Of a DNA stretch of 64,000 nucleotides, positions 62,861 to 64,000 are shown in pieces; within the stretch, counting starts at the first letter, position 1, and each line of letters starts with the position of its first letter. The translations under genes and the position numbers were made by a program. Below the pieces are notes generated by a model, which was not told the origin of the DNA, did not search any database, and worked only from the letters and a program-made list of their open reading frames with translations. Source of the stretch: Utricularia gibba (Eukaryota > Plantae > Magnoliophyta); contig NEEC01000009.1 in the NCBI GenBank assembly GCA_002189035.1, positions 2,108,001 to 2,172,000 of the forward strand, in the 5' to 3' direction.

Positions 62861-64000
62861 TGATATGATTTAATTGATATCCATAAATGAGATGTGGTTT
62901 AAATTTACAATAAACAACATTCTTCAAATCTCAAATAAGGTCTCATGATGAGATGTTTAAATTTATTCTATATTAAATACGAGTAAAATTAATTTACATA
63001 AAAAATAGATAATTTAGAAAACATGAGGGTATTTTGTAGAGAATCTTATTAAAGAAATGGTAATTTATCACGTGTTTGATATAAAATGAGCGTATTTTGA
63101 TAGATTGATAAATGAAATATTCTTGACTCTGATAGAATGTGAAAGATTGGTTTATGCTAAATAACACATGTGAATCTCATATTTAATATTATGGATTAAA
63201 TATCAAATAATACAAATTCATGTATGGTATGGGTTTAATTAATCTTATGATAAAAAAAATCTGTATATTCAATTATCTTTAAAATTAAATTATAGAATTT
63301 ATTTTAGACAGTAACATATAAAAATAAATAATATTCTTTAGATTGAAAAAAGGGGTAGTAATGAGGTATATCACATACTTGCAGATTTGGATGAATATTT
63401 TTGTGACCAAGTGTTTGTGAAGATGGTGAGCCCCGCCATGTCTCTCTACCACCTTCTCTGGGCGATGGTCTTCCCATCAACACTTAGACAAAAGATGAGT
63501 GTCTTAGAGAATCATTCAACGTTAATTTCAGGTCCACTTGGACCCCAACATGCTCAATTACTACAATCACTTCACTTAATACCAATTCCAGGTTGACTCA
63601 TGCATTTTTGAACATGCATGTGAGAAAATTATTCATCTTTAATATTAATTTTTTTATTTAATCTATGTAAGAAAGAAATTGAGAAATTTTAGTAGTGGTA
63701 AGGGTGCACCAGATAGTGTTACACCCTATGGGAGAACTGTTTATAATTTGTGATATATGTGCCTATTTAGTTCTTAAATGTTCCAGAAAATTGTATACAA
63801 TACATATTATTTAAACTTTATGGTATATCGTTATTTTATATTTGAAAATAAACAAATATTTATAATAAAAAATTATAATTTGTGTGAGTGGGAAAAGAAT
63901 GGGGGGAAAAATGAATAAAAAAAGAGCAGGAAAGGGTAAATGTGTCAGTACCTCAAAAACAACCCTTTTAGGACCACAAAAAGTCACTGGTCCATCAGCA

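Overview
Nuclear DNA from a flowering plant (eudicot-type genes; no prokaryotic features, CRISPR, rRNA or tRNA seen). The region is very gene dense: 19 reconstructable protein-coding genes plus one pseudogene in 64 kb, with most introns 70-120 nt. In order: PADRE/DUF4228, CASP-like 5C, PsbO, extra-large G protein, B3/REM, an uncharacterised 'MFPLKL' protein, ATAF-type NAC, PPD2, UVR8, glucosidase II alpha, DUF3727, P-type PPR, an uncharacterised 155-aa protein, SpoU/TrmH methyltransferase, DUF863, callose synthase 12, VQ protein, AHA1, a deleted CCR4 relic and a GIS/ZFP8-like zinc finger. A 5.2-kb decayed Mutator-like element (24405-29630; perfect 9-bp TSD CAAGAGCAC, imperfect TIRs) lies 694 bp upstream of the UVR8 start and contains a 166-bp mitochondrial cox1 fragment. 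At least 10 apparent frameshifts in six conserved genes (5 in CalS12 alone), plus two probable ones in PADRE, are each repaired by adding one base to a short homopolymer. That is most likely long-read assembly error, not biology. The best candidate for something undescribed is at about 62.5-62.9 kb: a perfect plant snRNA-type promoter (USE ATCCCACATCG and TATAAATA 33 bp apart, Pol II spacing) in front of a 200-290 nt sequence that folds extensively by hand and matches no snRNA, U3, 7SL, MRP or telomerase RNA that I can recognise. All exon models and foldings were done by eye. Family names come from recalled motifs, not database searches.
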